Assembly (NCBI GenBank): GCA_036677365.1
Contig: JAVBWN010000012.1
Coordinates: forward strand, 32,001 to 96,000
DNA: 64,000 nucleotides
Reading direction: 5' to 3'
Origin: Acholeplasma sp.
GTDB lineage: Bacteria; Bacillota_I; Bacilli_A; Acholeplasmatales; UBA5453
The position numbers and the translations under genes are program-made. Shown here piece by piece: positions 10,990 through 20,716 of this stretch; position 1 is the stretch's first letter; every line of letters begins with the position of its first letter. The notes under the pieces are model-generated. The model saw only the letters and a list, made by a program, of their open reading frames with translations. It was not told where the DNA came from and did not search any database.

Positions 10990-12678
10990 ATGAAGCAGTT
11001 TACTTGGATTATATTTCTCTTATTAAGCATCACTTTGGGCGGTTGTGTTGAAACAAACATCACGAATGGCCCTACCCAAGACCCTTACAAATACACCTAT
11101 GATTTGACAATAAACAATTTTACCGACCACATGGATTTTAGTCATCGTCAAGTGGCTATTGAAGGTGGTAATAAAAAACAAGAAGTATTGTTTGAAATGA
11201 AATACCCAGATGGTATCCTCATGGATGTTCAAGTAAAAGTACTTTTACAAACCCAAGTGCTCACCTTAGGCAATACGATTTATAGTGATGAATTCTCTTA
11301 TAATTTCACCAAAAAAACATCATCTACAGGGTATTTAACCTACCCAGCGATGAGGGATTTGTTCTTAATCACGATCACAGAAATATCTGGTAAAGTCTTG
11401 ACGAATGATGAAACCATTGAGAATGCGAAACAAGCCGCTATACATGCGAAACAAGGGTTAGATCAAATGCTTGAAAAATTCCTTCAACCATTTAACACCC
11501 TATCCACAGAAAGTTATATCCACATGACTGTAAATGGCGAAACCACGACCAGTTTTGTCAAACAAGCTTTCCGTAATGACCCCTATTATAACGAGACGAT
11601 ATATTCCGATAACCGTGGTGTTTTAATGAAAGAAAACAGTGATGGTAACATAGATGTGTTTTCAATCCAAGAATATCAGCTCAAAACTTATATTGAAAAA
11701 GAATTAATCATTCTTAGTGAAGACATCGATAAAGTGAGCAACGATGAGATGTTTGAATTAAAGGATTCATGGACTTATCGTGTTGAAAATGGGGATTACT
11801 TGGTCAGTGGATCGAGTAAAGAGCTATTTAATGTCCTATTTACCGATGATGAAACCATAAGACAATGGAATAACACCATCCGTAATAAAACAATCGAAAT
11901 CGTGTTTGCTGATCTAGGTACGAGGTTGCTTGTATCGGTAGAGTTGATGGTAGGGTTAAGTCAAGTCAAGATTGAAACGTATTATACCTTTAATTCATTG
12001 AATGCGTTGGATTTATCTCAAGTGATTGAACTACCTCCAAAACACCCCGATTTGGCTTATCAAGTCACGGATTTGAGTCAAACAAAAGAAGGCTTTATGT
12101 TACCCAATGTAAGTTATTTTTATCAAATAGAAGTGACAGGAGGGACGTATGTCTTTGATGTATCATACCCAGTCAATGTAGAACTCTTAGATGAGTTTAG
12201 AAATCCAATTGAACCAGAAGCATGGGTAACATTCGATCACCTGTTAGGTTCGTTAGACCGTAAGTATTCATTAGAAGCTGGGATTTATTACGTTAAGATG
12301 AATCACAATCGTGACTCGATGATTAATTTTTCCATTACCATGCATCATCTTGAGGATTTATATGATACCATCGGCTCACCAAATGATGACATTTTACTCG
12401 TCGATTGGTTTGAACTGAGTATTGAAGGTGAATACGATGAGGTATATGTATACTATGAATCATTTGAAGAAGGTTATATCGTATTGACTCATACAAACCA
12501 AACACCATTAAACCTCATGTATGTGTACAATGATTCGCTATTAAATAACCAGTTTGCATATACAACCAATGGTGAATTACGTATTCAAGTGGTTGTAGGC
12601 ATTAATTTATTAAGATTCAACGCACCAGAGGCTTTAAATGCCGCCCTCAGTGTGACATTCGTAAAATTGATTGACTAA
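10990..12678 (+). CDS. Hypothetical lipoprotein
   Basis: Lipobox LGGC; 562 aa; C-terminal part resembles 1209..2822. Confidence 0.75.
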   Translation: MKQFTWIIFLLLSITLGGCVETNITNGPTQDPYKYTYDLTINNFTDHMDFSHRQVAIEGGNKKQEVLFEMKYPDGILMDVQVKVLLQTQVLTLGNTIYSDEFSYNFTKKTSSTGYLTYPAMRDLFLITITEISGKVLTNDETIENAKQAAIHAKQGLDQMLEKFLQPFNTLSTESYIHMTVNGETTTSFVKQAFRNDPYYNETIYSDNRGVLMKENSDGNIDVFSIQEYQLKTYIEKELIILSEDIDKVSNDEMFELKDSWTYRVENGDYLVSGSSKELFNVLFTDDETIRQWNNTIRNKTIEIVFADLGTRLLVSVELMVGLSQVKIETYYTFNSLNALDLSQVIELPPKHPDLAYQVTDLSQTKEGFMLPNVSYFYQIEVTGGTYVFDVSYPVNVELLDEFRNPIEPEAWVTFDHLLGSLDRKYSLEAGIYYVKMNHNRDSMINFSITMHHLEDLYDTIGSPNDDILLVDWFELSIEGEYDEVYVYYESFEEGYIVLTHTNQTPLNLMYVYNDSLLNNQFAYTTNGELRIQVVVGINLLRFNAPEALNAALSVTFVKLID

Positions 12679-12702
12679 TAATGAGAGATAAGAGGTATAG
12701 CA

Positions 12703-13386
12703 ATGAAGAAACTAGCAATATTAATACTGGTATTTGTGCTGATGGGTTGTCAATCGAAACCTAAAGAAGAAAACATTCAAGTACATTTCATAAATGAGAT
12801 TGTACCTTTTTCAACAACATCGATTGACATCATTAAAGGAAAATCCATAGGTGATCAATGGTTTGAACCTGAAATGCCTGGATATACATTCATCGAATGG
12901 AAAACACTTGAAAATGAATCTGTGACTGAACAAACTATATTCAGTAAAAATACATGGTTGTATCCAGTTTATAATGAAAATATGTATCTTGTAACATTCA
13001 ATACCAATGGTGGTGAACCCATTGAACCCGCCATGTTGAGTTTTTCAAATTTTGATCAGGCACAGTTTGTTACAAGTCAACCGTGGCATGCTTTTGTGGG
13101 TTGGTATTACGATGCTGCCTTTACCAGAAGTGTAGATCCATCAACTAAGTTGGTAGAAGACATCACTGTGTATGGGAAATGGGAACCTAAATCCTACAAG
13201 TTAACCTACCATTTGACAGGTACAACCGTGATTGAAGTGTATTTTAATGCAGGTGATAAAGTTGTCCCATATGTCCTAACTTATCCAGAAAACTTTATAG
13301 GATGGTCAGAACTTTCTAAGAATACACTATTTAATTTTAACAGTATGCCCAGTAGGCACGTTGATGTTTATATCAAGACATCCTAA
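12703..13386 (+). CDS. InlB B-repeat lipoprotein
   Basis: Lipobox LMGC; VTFNTNGG...FVGWYYD...TVYGKW. Confidence 0.85.
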   Translation: MKKLAILILVFVLMGCQSKPKEENIQVHFINEIVPFSTTSIDIIKGKSIGDQWFEPEMPGYTFIEWKTLENESVTEQTIFSKNTWLYPVYNENMYLVTFNTNGGEPIEPAMLSFSNFDQAQFVTSQPWHAFVGWYYDAAFTRSVDPSTKLVEDITVYGKWEPKSYKLTYHLTGTTVIEVYFNAGDKVVPYVLTYPENFIGWSELSKNTLFNFNSMPSRHVDVYIKTS

Positions 13387-13406
13387 GTACAATCAATGAC
13401 GTTTAA

Positions 13407-13433
13407 AAGGTCAGTCGTTTTTCGACTGACCTT
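13407..13433. terminator. Stem-loop, possible terminator
   Basis: AAGGTCAGTCG / CGACTGACCTT perfect 11-bp stem; no strong U-tract on the plus strand. Confidence 0.6.
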
Positions 13434-13651
13434 ACCATGTAATGATTAAAATATTATTCTTTCGGTAGTATAATTATTTTTTTCTAATGGACAAAAGATG
13501 CAAATTATTCGTTTTATTATATGTATGGGATTATTAATGAAAAAGCTTATTACATGGATGAGGATACAGAATAATCATAACTCAATTGTTTGTGATAATG
13601 ATTTGGATGATTAATAGTTAACAATTAACTCAATCACAATGGAGGAATACC

Positions 13652-16084
13652 ATGTTAATTTTAAAAAACATTTCAAAAACATATGAGTCAAGAAAGGGCG
13701 TTTTCGTCAATGCACTTAAAGAAACAACCCTTCATTTTTCCAATAAAGGGATGGTTTTTATTCTTGGAAAAAGCGGATCAGGAAAAACGACCCTTTTAAA
13801 TCTCATTGGAGGATTAGATAAGCCAAGTCATGGTGATATTCTTATTCATGGACATTCCATTGGTAACATACCACTCACTTTTGATGTGTATCGAAATGAA
13901 TATATCGGATTCATTTTTCAAGAGTTCAATTTACTTGAAACTGAAACTGTTTATAAAAACATGGAGTTTCCCTTATTGTTACAAAAACAAAATAATAATT
14001 CACAAAAAATAAAAGAGGTTTTAAAGTACGTTGATTTGGAAGGTCATGAAAATAGATTTCCAAGTGAGTTATCTGGTGGACAAAAACAAAGAATTGCGAT
14101 TGGTAGAGCATTGATTAAACAATCATCCATTCTTTTAGCTGATGAGCCTACAGGTAACTTAGATAGCGAAACAGCTGAATCTATCATGAATCTACTCAAA
14201 GATATATCTAAGAAACAATTAGTCATTGTGGTTACGCATGACCGTGAATATGCGAATACGTATGCCGATAGAATCATCGAAATAAAAGATGGCATTGTTA
14301 TTTTAGACTCCAAACCTGAAAAAAACAACATTTCAGAAACCATTTTGACATTTAAATCGTTAACTTTTCCTACAGTATATGCGTTCAAAATGGGATTTCA
14401 CAATTTGCTAAAGAAAAAAGCAAAGACGTTTATCAATCTCATCATTTCCACACTCAGTATATTTTTAATTGCTTTTTCCCAAATCTTGTTGATGTATTCC
14501 CCTGAGGATGCATTAGCTCAAACATTGAGTGATAACAATGTTGAACGCATCCAATTGTTTCAAAACAGGTTTGATTCTTATGTTGTACCTTCATCTATGG
14601 AACTACCTTTGAACCCGTCTATTTATAATGGAAGCTTAGAAGATTATAATTACATTCAAGTCGTTAATGGGTATTACATCATTACCAGTGCAGAAGATGT
14701 TCTTAGTTTAGGTTTTATGTTTCATGATTATCAAGAAATTACTGACGAATCCAGATATGTTACAGACTATTTTATTGACATGATGATAGGCAACTTAGAA
14801 ATATCTAATGATGGTATCAACTTTGATACCTATTCAACAAGTCAAGTTGATTACAGTGATTTTGTAGGTAAATACATTAGGAATTCTTTTAGTCCACAAA
14901 CTGTGTATTTGATTGCAGGCATCATTAAAACAGACTATCTAACCTATATGAACGTTGATTTCACATTTAAAAGTGTTGCACCGATAGACTACTTTGAACC
15001 TAAAGTTTTCTTTGCTTACCAACGCTATAATCAATCTTTTTACGAGGCCATTTACATAACGGAAAATCAATTGCGGAAGATAGATCATTCGATACGACTT
15101 CAAGCTGAAAGAAATCAAACAACTATTATAAGCGATAAAACGTTCATCATTCAAGGCTTTGATGTGGTGGATATTGTACAATTAAATGCTCAAGTGATTG
15201 CTTTAGCTGGTGATAACTTGACAGTTGGTCAAGTCAATGTATTAGCCAATGAAATTTACATAACTTCAGATTTATATAATAAGCTATTTGCAGAACAGAT
15301 AAGTTTTTCAGAGTATCTTCAATATAACATGATGACAGATACCTATACAGTATTAAAATATCCAAACAACATAGGAAAACCAATACAATTAAATGTATTT
15401 GATTTGGAGTCCAAAAACTTAGTCGATAAAACATTTACGCTTAAAGGTGTAATCATGGATCCATTTGCATTTGGTTCTAGTAACTTCAGAATTTACGCCA
15501 ATGATACAGATATCGAATCCATGGTTCATGTAGATTTTGTCAATAATCTAACGATTTTGAAGTTAACTGGTTCTTTATCAAAAGATAAAGTGTTGCTAAA
15601 TGAGCTGCGAAAAAATAATAATATTGCAGTTAATCACTTCTATTCAATACCGATTTATGATAACGAGCAGTTTCAACGAAACCTGGGAACAACATTTTTA
15701 ATATTTGGAATCATATCAGGCGTTGTTACAGTGTTAGTAACTATGAATTTCATTCACTACTCTATTGTGGATCAAAAACATGAAATTGGCATTTTAAGAT
15801 CACTAGGATCTCGAGTTATTGATGTAATGAAAATATATATATTTGAAACTTTCATAGTATCTTTGATGATTTTTATGAGTACGACTTTGATTATGTACCT
15901 ACTTGTTTATTACAACAATTTGTCAATGTCGAAAATATCATATCCTAACATGACATATTTACTTGTAGAACCTATTACAATCGGTGTTGCTTTTCTAGCA
16001 TCTATTGTATTGGTTAATGTATTCACTATTTTACCAATTTCCAAAATTGGACGTTTGAAACCAATAGAGGCTATCAGAAAGTAA
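13652..16084 (+). CDS. Fused ABC ATPase/FtsX-type permease (MacB-like)
   Basis: GKSGSGKT, LSGGQKQR, LADEPTGNLD, VTHD; C-terminal EIGILRSLG FtsX motif and TM helices. Confidence 0.9.
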   Translation: MLILKNISKTYESRKGVFVNALKETTLHFSNKGMVFILGKSGSGKTTLLNLIGGLDKPSHGDILIHGHSIGNIPLTFDVYRNEYIGFIFQEFNLLETETVYKNMEFPLLLQKQNNNSQKIKEVLKYVDLEGHENRFPSELSGGQKQRIAIGRALIKQSSILLADEPTGNLDSETAESIMNLLKDISKKQLVIVVTHDREYANTYADRIIEIKDGIVILDSKPEKNNISETILTFKSLTFPTVYAFKMGFHNLLKKKAKTFINLIISTLSIFLIAFSQILLMYSPEDALAQTLSDNNVERIQLFQNRFDSYVVPSSMELPLNPSIYNGSLEDYNYIQVVNGYYIITSAEDVLSLGFMFHDYQEITDESRYVTDYFIDMMIGNLEISNDGINFDTYSTSQVDYSDFVGKYIRNSFSPQTVYLIAGIIKTDYLTYMNVDFTFKSVAPIDYFEPKVFFAYQRYNQSFYEAIYITENQLRKIDHSIRLQAERNQTTIISDKTFIIQGFDVVDIVQLNAQVIALAGDNLTVGQVNVLANEIYITSDLYNKLFAEQISFSEYLQYNMMTDTYTVLKYPNNIGKPIQLNVFDLESKNLVDKTFTLKGVIMDPFAFGSSNFRIYANDTDIESMVHVDFVNNLTILKLTGSLSKDKVLLNELRKNNNIAVNHFYSIPIYDNEQFQRNLGTTFLIFGIISGVVTVLVTMNFIHYSIVDQKHEIGILRSLGSRVIDVMKIYIFETFIVSLMIFMSTTLIMYLLVYYNNLSMSKISYPNMTYLLVEPITIGVAFLASIVLVNVFTILPISKIGRLKPIEAIRK

Positions 16085-16098
16085 TTATGAGGTCATAA

Positions 16099-16800
16099 AT
16101 GAGAAAAATAATTGTATTACTCATTGTTTTACTCCTAAGTGGTTGTAATAACAACACAAGTGGAAGTAAGGAAAAAATAACCATTCATTTCAGTAATGAG
16201 TCATTAAACTTTGTTCCAAAAGATATTGAAATTTATCGTGGAGATGCCTTGGGAGAATTTTTATACAGACCCACTCTACCTGGTTATGATTTTACAGAAT
16301 GGAAAACAAATCAAGAATTATCCGTTAACGAAAATACTATTTTTACGGAAGAAACCTGGTTATTTCCTGTATTTGAAGAAAAGTCTTTTGAGATTCAGTT
16401 TGTTACAAATGGCGACACTACCATTGAACCAGTAAGTATTTTGCACACACAATCACTTATTTTGCCAGATTATACACCTGAAAAGGAAGGTTATGATTTT
16501 GTAGGTTGGTATTTTGATGTAGAGTTTACTCAAAGAGCTGATCAAGTTACGCTGTTAACTAGGGATATTACTTTATATGGGGATTGGACACCTAAAATAT
16601 ACAAACTAACATTCTATATATCAGAATCCACTCAAATCATGGTCAATTTCAAGGCAGGAGATACAGTCATTCCATATGAACCGCTTTATCCTCAAGACTT
16701 CATTGGATGGGTCGAAGCGGATTCAGATATTTTATTCGATTTTAGCAGTATGCCACAAAGAGATGTTACAGTTTATATGAAAACTGGAACAAACGAATAA
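16099..16800 (+). CDS. InlB B-repeat lipoprotein, paralog of 12703..13386
   Basis: Lipobox LSGC; PEKEGYDFVGWY...TLYGDW; colinear with 12703..13386. Confidence 0.85.
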   Translation: MRKIIVLLIVLLLSGCNNNTSGSKEKITIHFSNESLNFVPKDIEIYRGDALGEFLYRPTLPGYDFTEWKTNQELSVNENTIFTEETWLFPVFEEKSFEIQFVTNGDTTIEPVSILHTQSLILPDYTPEKEGYDFVGWYFDVEFTQRADQVTLLTRDITLYGDWTPKIYKLTFYISESTQIMVNFKAGDTVIPYEPLYPQDFIGWVEADSDILFDFSSMPQRDVTVYMKTGTNE

Positions 16801-16828
16801 GTTCAATTTTGTAAAAAAGAAAAGACCA

Positions 16829-17800
16829 TCACTGGTCTTTTTTCGTACTATTTTGATGGATAAATCGTTGGTATTCATCATTATTTGGTATAGATGACAT
16901 ACCACCAAATTTGGTTGTTGTCAAAGCTGCTTTTGCATTAGCGACTATAAGCGCGTCCTCAACATGACTGGTTGAAAAGTCTAGGTTTCTTTTAATCATC
17001 TCTGCTAAAAATGTGCCAATGAATGCATCACCAGCCCCTGTGGTATCTACCACTTGAACTTTAAATGCAGGCACATCGACATGATTTCCCGATTTAAAGA
17101 AAAATGTAGAACCTTGGCTTCCTCGAGTGATGATGACATATTTTACATGACCAATAAACAAGGATTTTATAGCTGATGTTTCATCTGATATGCCTGTGAT
17201 AAATGACATTTCATCATTCGATATTTTGAGGAGATCTGCTTTAGGTATGAAAGATTGTATGACATCTCTATACGCATTGTGGTCTTTCCATAGTGATAAT
17301 CGTAGGTTAGGGTCAAAACTGATGAACCCACCCTGAAGTCTGGCACTGTCGATGGCTTTTATGTGAGCATCTCTAATTGGATAATCACATAAACTTACAG
17401 AACAAAAATGAAATACACAATCTTTTAGAATGCTTTCTTCAACTTGATCAGCATGAAGTAACTGATCTGCTGAAGGGTCTCGATAGAAGATGAAATCCCG
17501 TTCACCAGCATCCGATAGTGTCACGTAAGCCAAAGCCGTGTTGGCTAAACTAGATTGATACAAGTAATCACACGATACCCCTTCATCTTTTAGACAATCG
17601 ACTAGGTAATCACCGAAAGCGTCTTTACCTACCTGTCCGATGAAGTAACTCGAGATACCCGATTTTACACCTGCAACAGCCACATTGGCTGGTGCGCCAC
17701 CTGGGTATTTTGTAAACCCGGTGACCTCTTTCAATTTACGTCCTTTTTCTAAAGGGATAAAGTCAATCAATAATTCACCCATGGTGACTAAGTGTTTCAT
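16829..17800 (-). CDS. PfkB-family carbohydrate kinase, probably fructokinase
   Basis: GGAPANVA, FDPNLR, DTTGAGDAF; last gene of a GH32 operon. Confidence 0.9.
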   Translation of the reverse strand: MKHLVTMGELLIDFIPLEKGRKLKEVTGFTKYPGGAPANVAVAGVKSGISSYFIGQVGKDAFGDYLVDCLKDEGVSCDYLYQSSLANTALAYVTLSDAGERDFIFYRDPSADQLLHADQVEESILKDCVFHFCSVSLCDYPIRDAHIKAIDSARLQGGFISFDPNLRLSLWKDHNAYRDVIQSFIPKADLLKISNDEMSFITGISDETSAIKSLFIGHVKYVIITRGSQGSTFFFKSGNHVDVPAFKVQVVDTTGAGDAFIGTFLAEMIKRNLDFSTSHVEDALIVANAKAALTTTKFGGMSSIPNNDEYQRFIHQNSTKKDQ

Positions 17801-17808
17801 AAAGACCT

Positions 17809-19320
17809 CTACTTATATTTCTTTAAATTGCTGATGGTCACGTTGCTATTGAGACCATAAAAACCAAAATTGGTTTGTTCTACTCTAAACATCCGTGCTG
17901 TGAGTGCCGTTTGTCCTTCCATGTATAAAGTAACAATGGACCCATCAGCGTCTAAAGCTTCTTCAAATAACAATGTAAACTTGAGTTGGTTGCTGGTATT
18001 GTAAAATGTATTGACGGTATACAAACGATCTGTCGTTCGTTGCGTAAAGTGTCCTCGATAGAAGGATATTCGCTGTAAATCAGCATTGAAATCATAATGA
18101 TAGGAAGCTTCACCTTCGCGATAGTCAAAGAATAATCCAAAGTAGCCATCAATTGAATCTATGTCTAAATAGCCCTCAATTTTAGTGATTCCTTCCAAAT
18201 CATTGAAGGTCACGTATTGATACTGACTGATGCTTGAAAAGGTGATTTTTTTGGTTGTAGCATTGGAGATGTTTGAATCGGTAATCTCCAACAATTGTGG
18301 GTGACTGATGGTTTCATCTATGGTGGATATGATATCTACATATAAGGTACCATTGGCGTTTTGTTTCAATTCATGGGCGATAAAATTACCACCCCAACCA
18401 AATTCATTGGTACGGTTGAAATCATGGGAAACCCAACCCCCTAAAATCATCTGTGAATCGCTCGCTGCGACTTTTCCGGCATATAAACCTTTACCATCAA
18501 AGCGATTCATCGATGGTTTAATCCATTCGTCAGAGAAATTCTTTTTGTATAGGTAATGGGTTTGTCTGCTTGGCCACTGGTCTGAAAATGTTAAGTACCA
18601 ATACCCATTGAAGTACCATAAGGTTGGACATTCTAAATTAGAATCGATTTGTCCAGTGCCTGTGGTTGCGTTATTTAAAAAGTAGATACCATTGGATTCT
18701 TTAGTCCAAGTAAGTAAATCATCGGATACCAAGTAACCAATAGCACCACGACCTAAGTATCGTGTTGTAAATAACATATAATACTGATTTAATTCTGGGA
18801 TGAACACGACATGAGGGTCTCTGAAATCATAGACATCAAAGCCGTAATCTCTGGGGTCTATGACCAAAGCCTGTTTTGTCCAGGTTTGCATGTTGTTTGT
18901 GGAAATCGACAACATGAACATTTCTTTTGGAACTAGACGGCCATTGTGTGCCGTATAGAATGCATAGAATGTGCCATCCTTCTCTATCACAGACCCAGTC
19001 CCTAGAGCGAGCTCTTGAGATTGGGTATCATGAATGACAGGAATGACTTCACCATGGTCTTCGAATTCAGTAAAGTTTGTGGTAGATAATCGATACCAAG
19101 GGTGAAAACCAGGTTTTGGTGCCGAATCATGTAAGTAGAAGAAGTGCCAAACCCCATCATGATAAAATGGCATGACATCTCCAATATTCCCGGATTGTTG
19201 TTTCGTAAATAGTGTCATATGGTCTTGGTTGACTATTTCATATTCAATTGGTGGGTTGGTTGTGCAGGCAGACAACGTGACGCCTAAGATTCCAACCAGG
19301 GCGAGTATGAATTTCTTCAC
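17809..19320 (-). CDS. GH32 lipoprotein, endo-levanase-like
   Basis: GTG start; lipobox LSAC; nucleophile motif GDVMPF instead of WMNDPN; RDP; EC. Confidence 0.75.
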   Translation of the reverse strand: MKKFILALVGILGVTLSACTTNPPIEYEIVNQDHMTLFTKQQSGNIGDVMPFYHDGVWHFFYLHDSAPKPGFHPWYRLSTTNFTEFEDHGEVIPVIHDTQSQELALGTGSVIEKDGTFYAFYTAHNGRLVPKEMFMLSISTNNMQTWTKQALVIDPRDYGFDVYDFRDPHVVFIPELNQYYMLFTTRYLGRGAIGYLVSDDLLTWTKESNGIYFLNNATTGTGQIDSNLECPTLWYFNGYWYLTFSDQWPSRQTHYLYKKNFSDEWIKPSMNRFDGKGLYAGKVAASDSQMILGGWVSHDFNRTNEFGWGGNFIAHELKQNANGTLYVDIISTIDETISHPQLLEITDSNISNATTKKITFSSISQYQYVTFNDLEGITKIEGYLDIDSIDGYFGLFFDYREGEASYHYDFNADLQRISFYRGHFTQRTTDRLYTVNTFYNTSNQLKFTLLFEEALDADGSIVTLYMEGQTALTARMFRVEQTNFGFYGLNSNVTISNLKKYK

Positions 19321-20703
19321 CTATTTGCTCAACTCCTTTAAAGTAAGATTATGCATGGTTTGTGAGTCGATTTCGATATCCAATAATGCCTCATCAAAAT
19401 AGACCCTTGTTGTGATGGTTTTGTCTAATCCATGAATGAACAATTCTAAAGATGAATTATCCATAACAAGCGTAAATTGAACTTCTTTTTGTTGATGGCT
19501 GAGAGATCTTGCTTCCAATGGAAATAGTGTGGTACCACTGGTATCTAAAGTGATACAACCCTCATCAAAGGATAAAATGAAATGATTATAATGATGACCA
19601 AATCGAAGGTTTGTTTTTGAATGGGTATTTAAACGGCCAGTCAACACGAAATATTTGCTGGTTTGTGCGTTACTTATATGTGTTAAATCTCGAATTTCTT
19701 TTACATATTGATCTAAACATACCGGGGTTTGAATCAAACGACTGTTGACGATAGACAATGTACGCGGTAGTGTCATCGCCCCAGCCCAGGCATGATTGGA
19801 AAGCGCTGTATAGTAAGGTTTTCCCCACATCTCCATCCATGCGACAGATACTCTGGTATTATCTTTTAACAAGGTTTGCGGGGCGTAATAATGGTGACCC
19901 GCATCGATTTCATCGACGTGTTCAAAATGAAACATTCCTGTTTCGATATCGAATTGTCCAATAGCATAGAGTGAACTATTCACATTCTTAAAACGGTGAT
20001 CATTGGCTTTTAGATTGGTTGCTGAAAATAATAATACATGTTTCCCATCTAATTCGAATAAATCTGGGCATTCAGCAATCTCTCCAAACAGTGGGTGTAA
20101 AATGGCATTTTTATAATGGAATGTTTTAAAATCATCGGTTTGATAGACGAGGATTTGACCATGTTTGTCCTTCGTAGAAGAACCGATCAAGATGAAGTGT
20201 ATCCCACCAATCGTGACTGGGTTTGGGTCTCTAAAATCTATCTTTGAAGCATCCTCTGGCAAGTCTTCGATGGTGATCACTGGGACAGGTCCTTTTTTAA
20301 AGTGAATACCATCATTGGATATAGCCAAACTTTGTTCTTGTCTTTGAAATGCTTGATGGTAATGCGAGGTATACATCAAATACAGTTTACCATTAAATTC
20401 GGTGGCACCACCAGAGAAACAACCATCTTCATGTGCTAAATCTGGTGCAAGCGCAACAGGTAAATGTTCCCAATCGATTAAGTTTTTCGATCTGGCGTGG
20501 CCCCAATGCATTGGACCCCATTTGGCTTCATAAGGATAAAACTGGTAAAACAGGTGATAATAGCCTTGATAATAGATAAACCCATTGGGGTCATTCATCC
20601 AGCCCACTTCGGGCATCAAGTGGAATCGATGACGGTGTTTGGAATTCACCTTTTCAAGGTTTTGTTTGATATATTCATTGGCTTTGATGACTGTATAGTT
20701 CAT
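19321..20703 (-). CDS. GH32 beta-fructofuranosidase / sucrose-6-phosphate hydrolase, cytoplasmic
   Basis: WMNDPNG, WGPMHWGH, FSGG, RDP, ECPD; no signal peptide; ATG 20703 is the likely start. Confidence 0.9.
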   Translation of the reverse strand: MNYTVIKANEYIKQNLEKVNSKHRHRFHLMPEVGWMNDPNGFIYYQGYYHLFYQFYPYEAKWGPMHWGHARSKNLIDWEHLPVALAPDLAHEDGCFSGGATEFNGKLYLMYTSHYHQAFQRQEQSLAISNDGIHFKKGPVPVITIEDLPEDASKIDFRDPNPVTIGGIHFILIGSSTKDKHGQILVYQTDDFKTFHYKNAILHPLFGEIAECPDLFELDGKHVLLFSATNLKANDHRFKNVNSSLYAIGQFDIETGMFHFEHVDEIDAGHHYYAPQTLLKDNTRVSVAWMEMWGKPYYTALSNHAWAGAMTLPRTLSIVNSRLIQTPVCLDQYVKEIRDLTHISNAQTSKYFVLTGRLNTHSKTNLRFGHHYNHFILSFDEGCITLDTSGTTLFPLEARSLSHQQKEVQFTLVMDNSSLELFIHGLDKTITTRVYFDEALLDIEIDSQTMHNLTLKELSK

Positions 20704-20716
20704 ATCGATCCCATCC

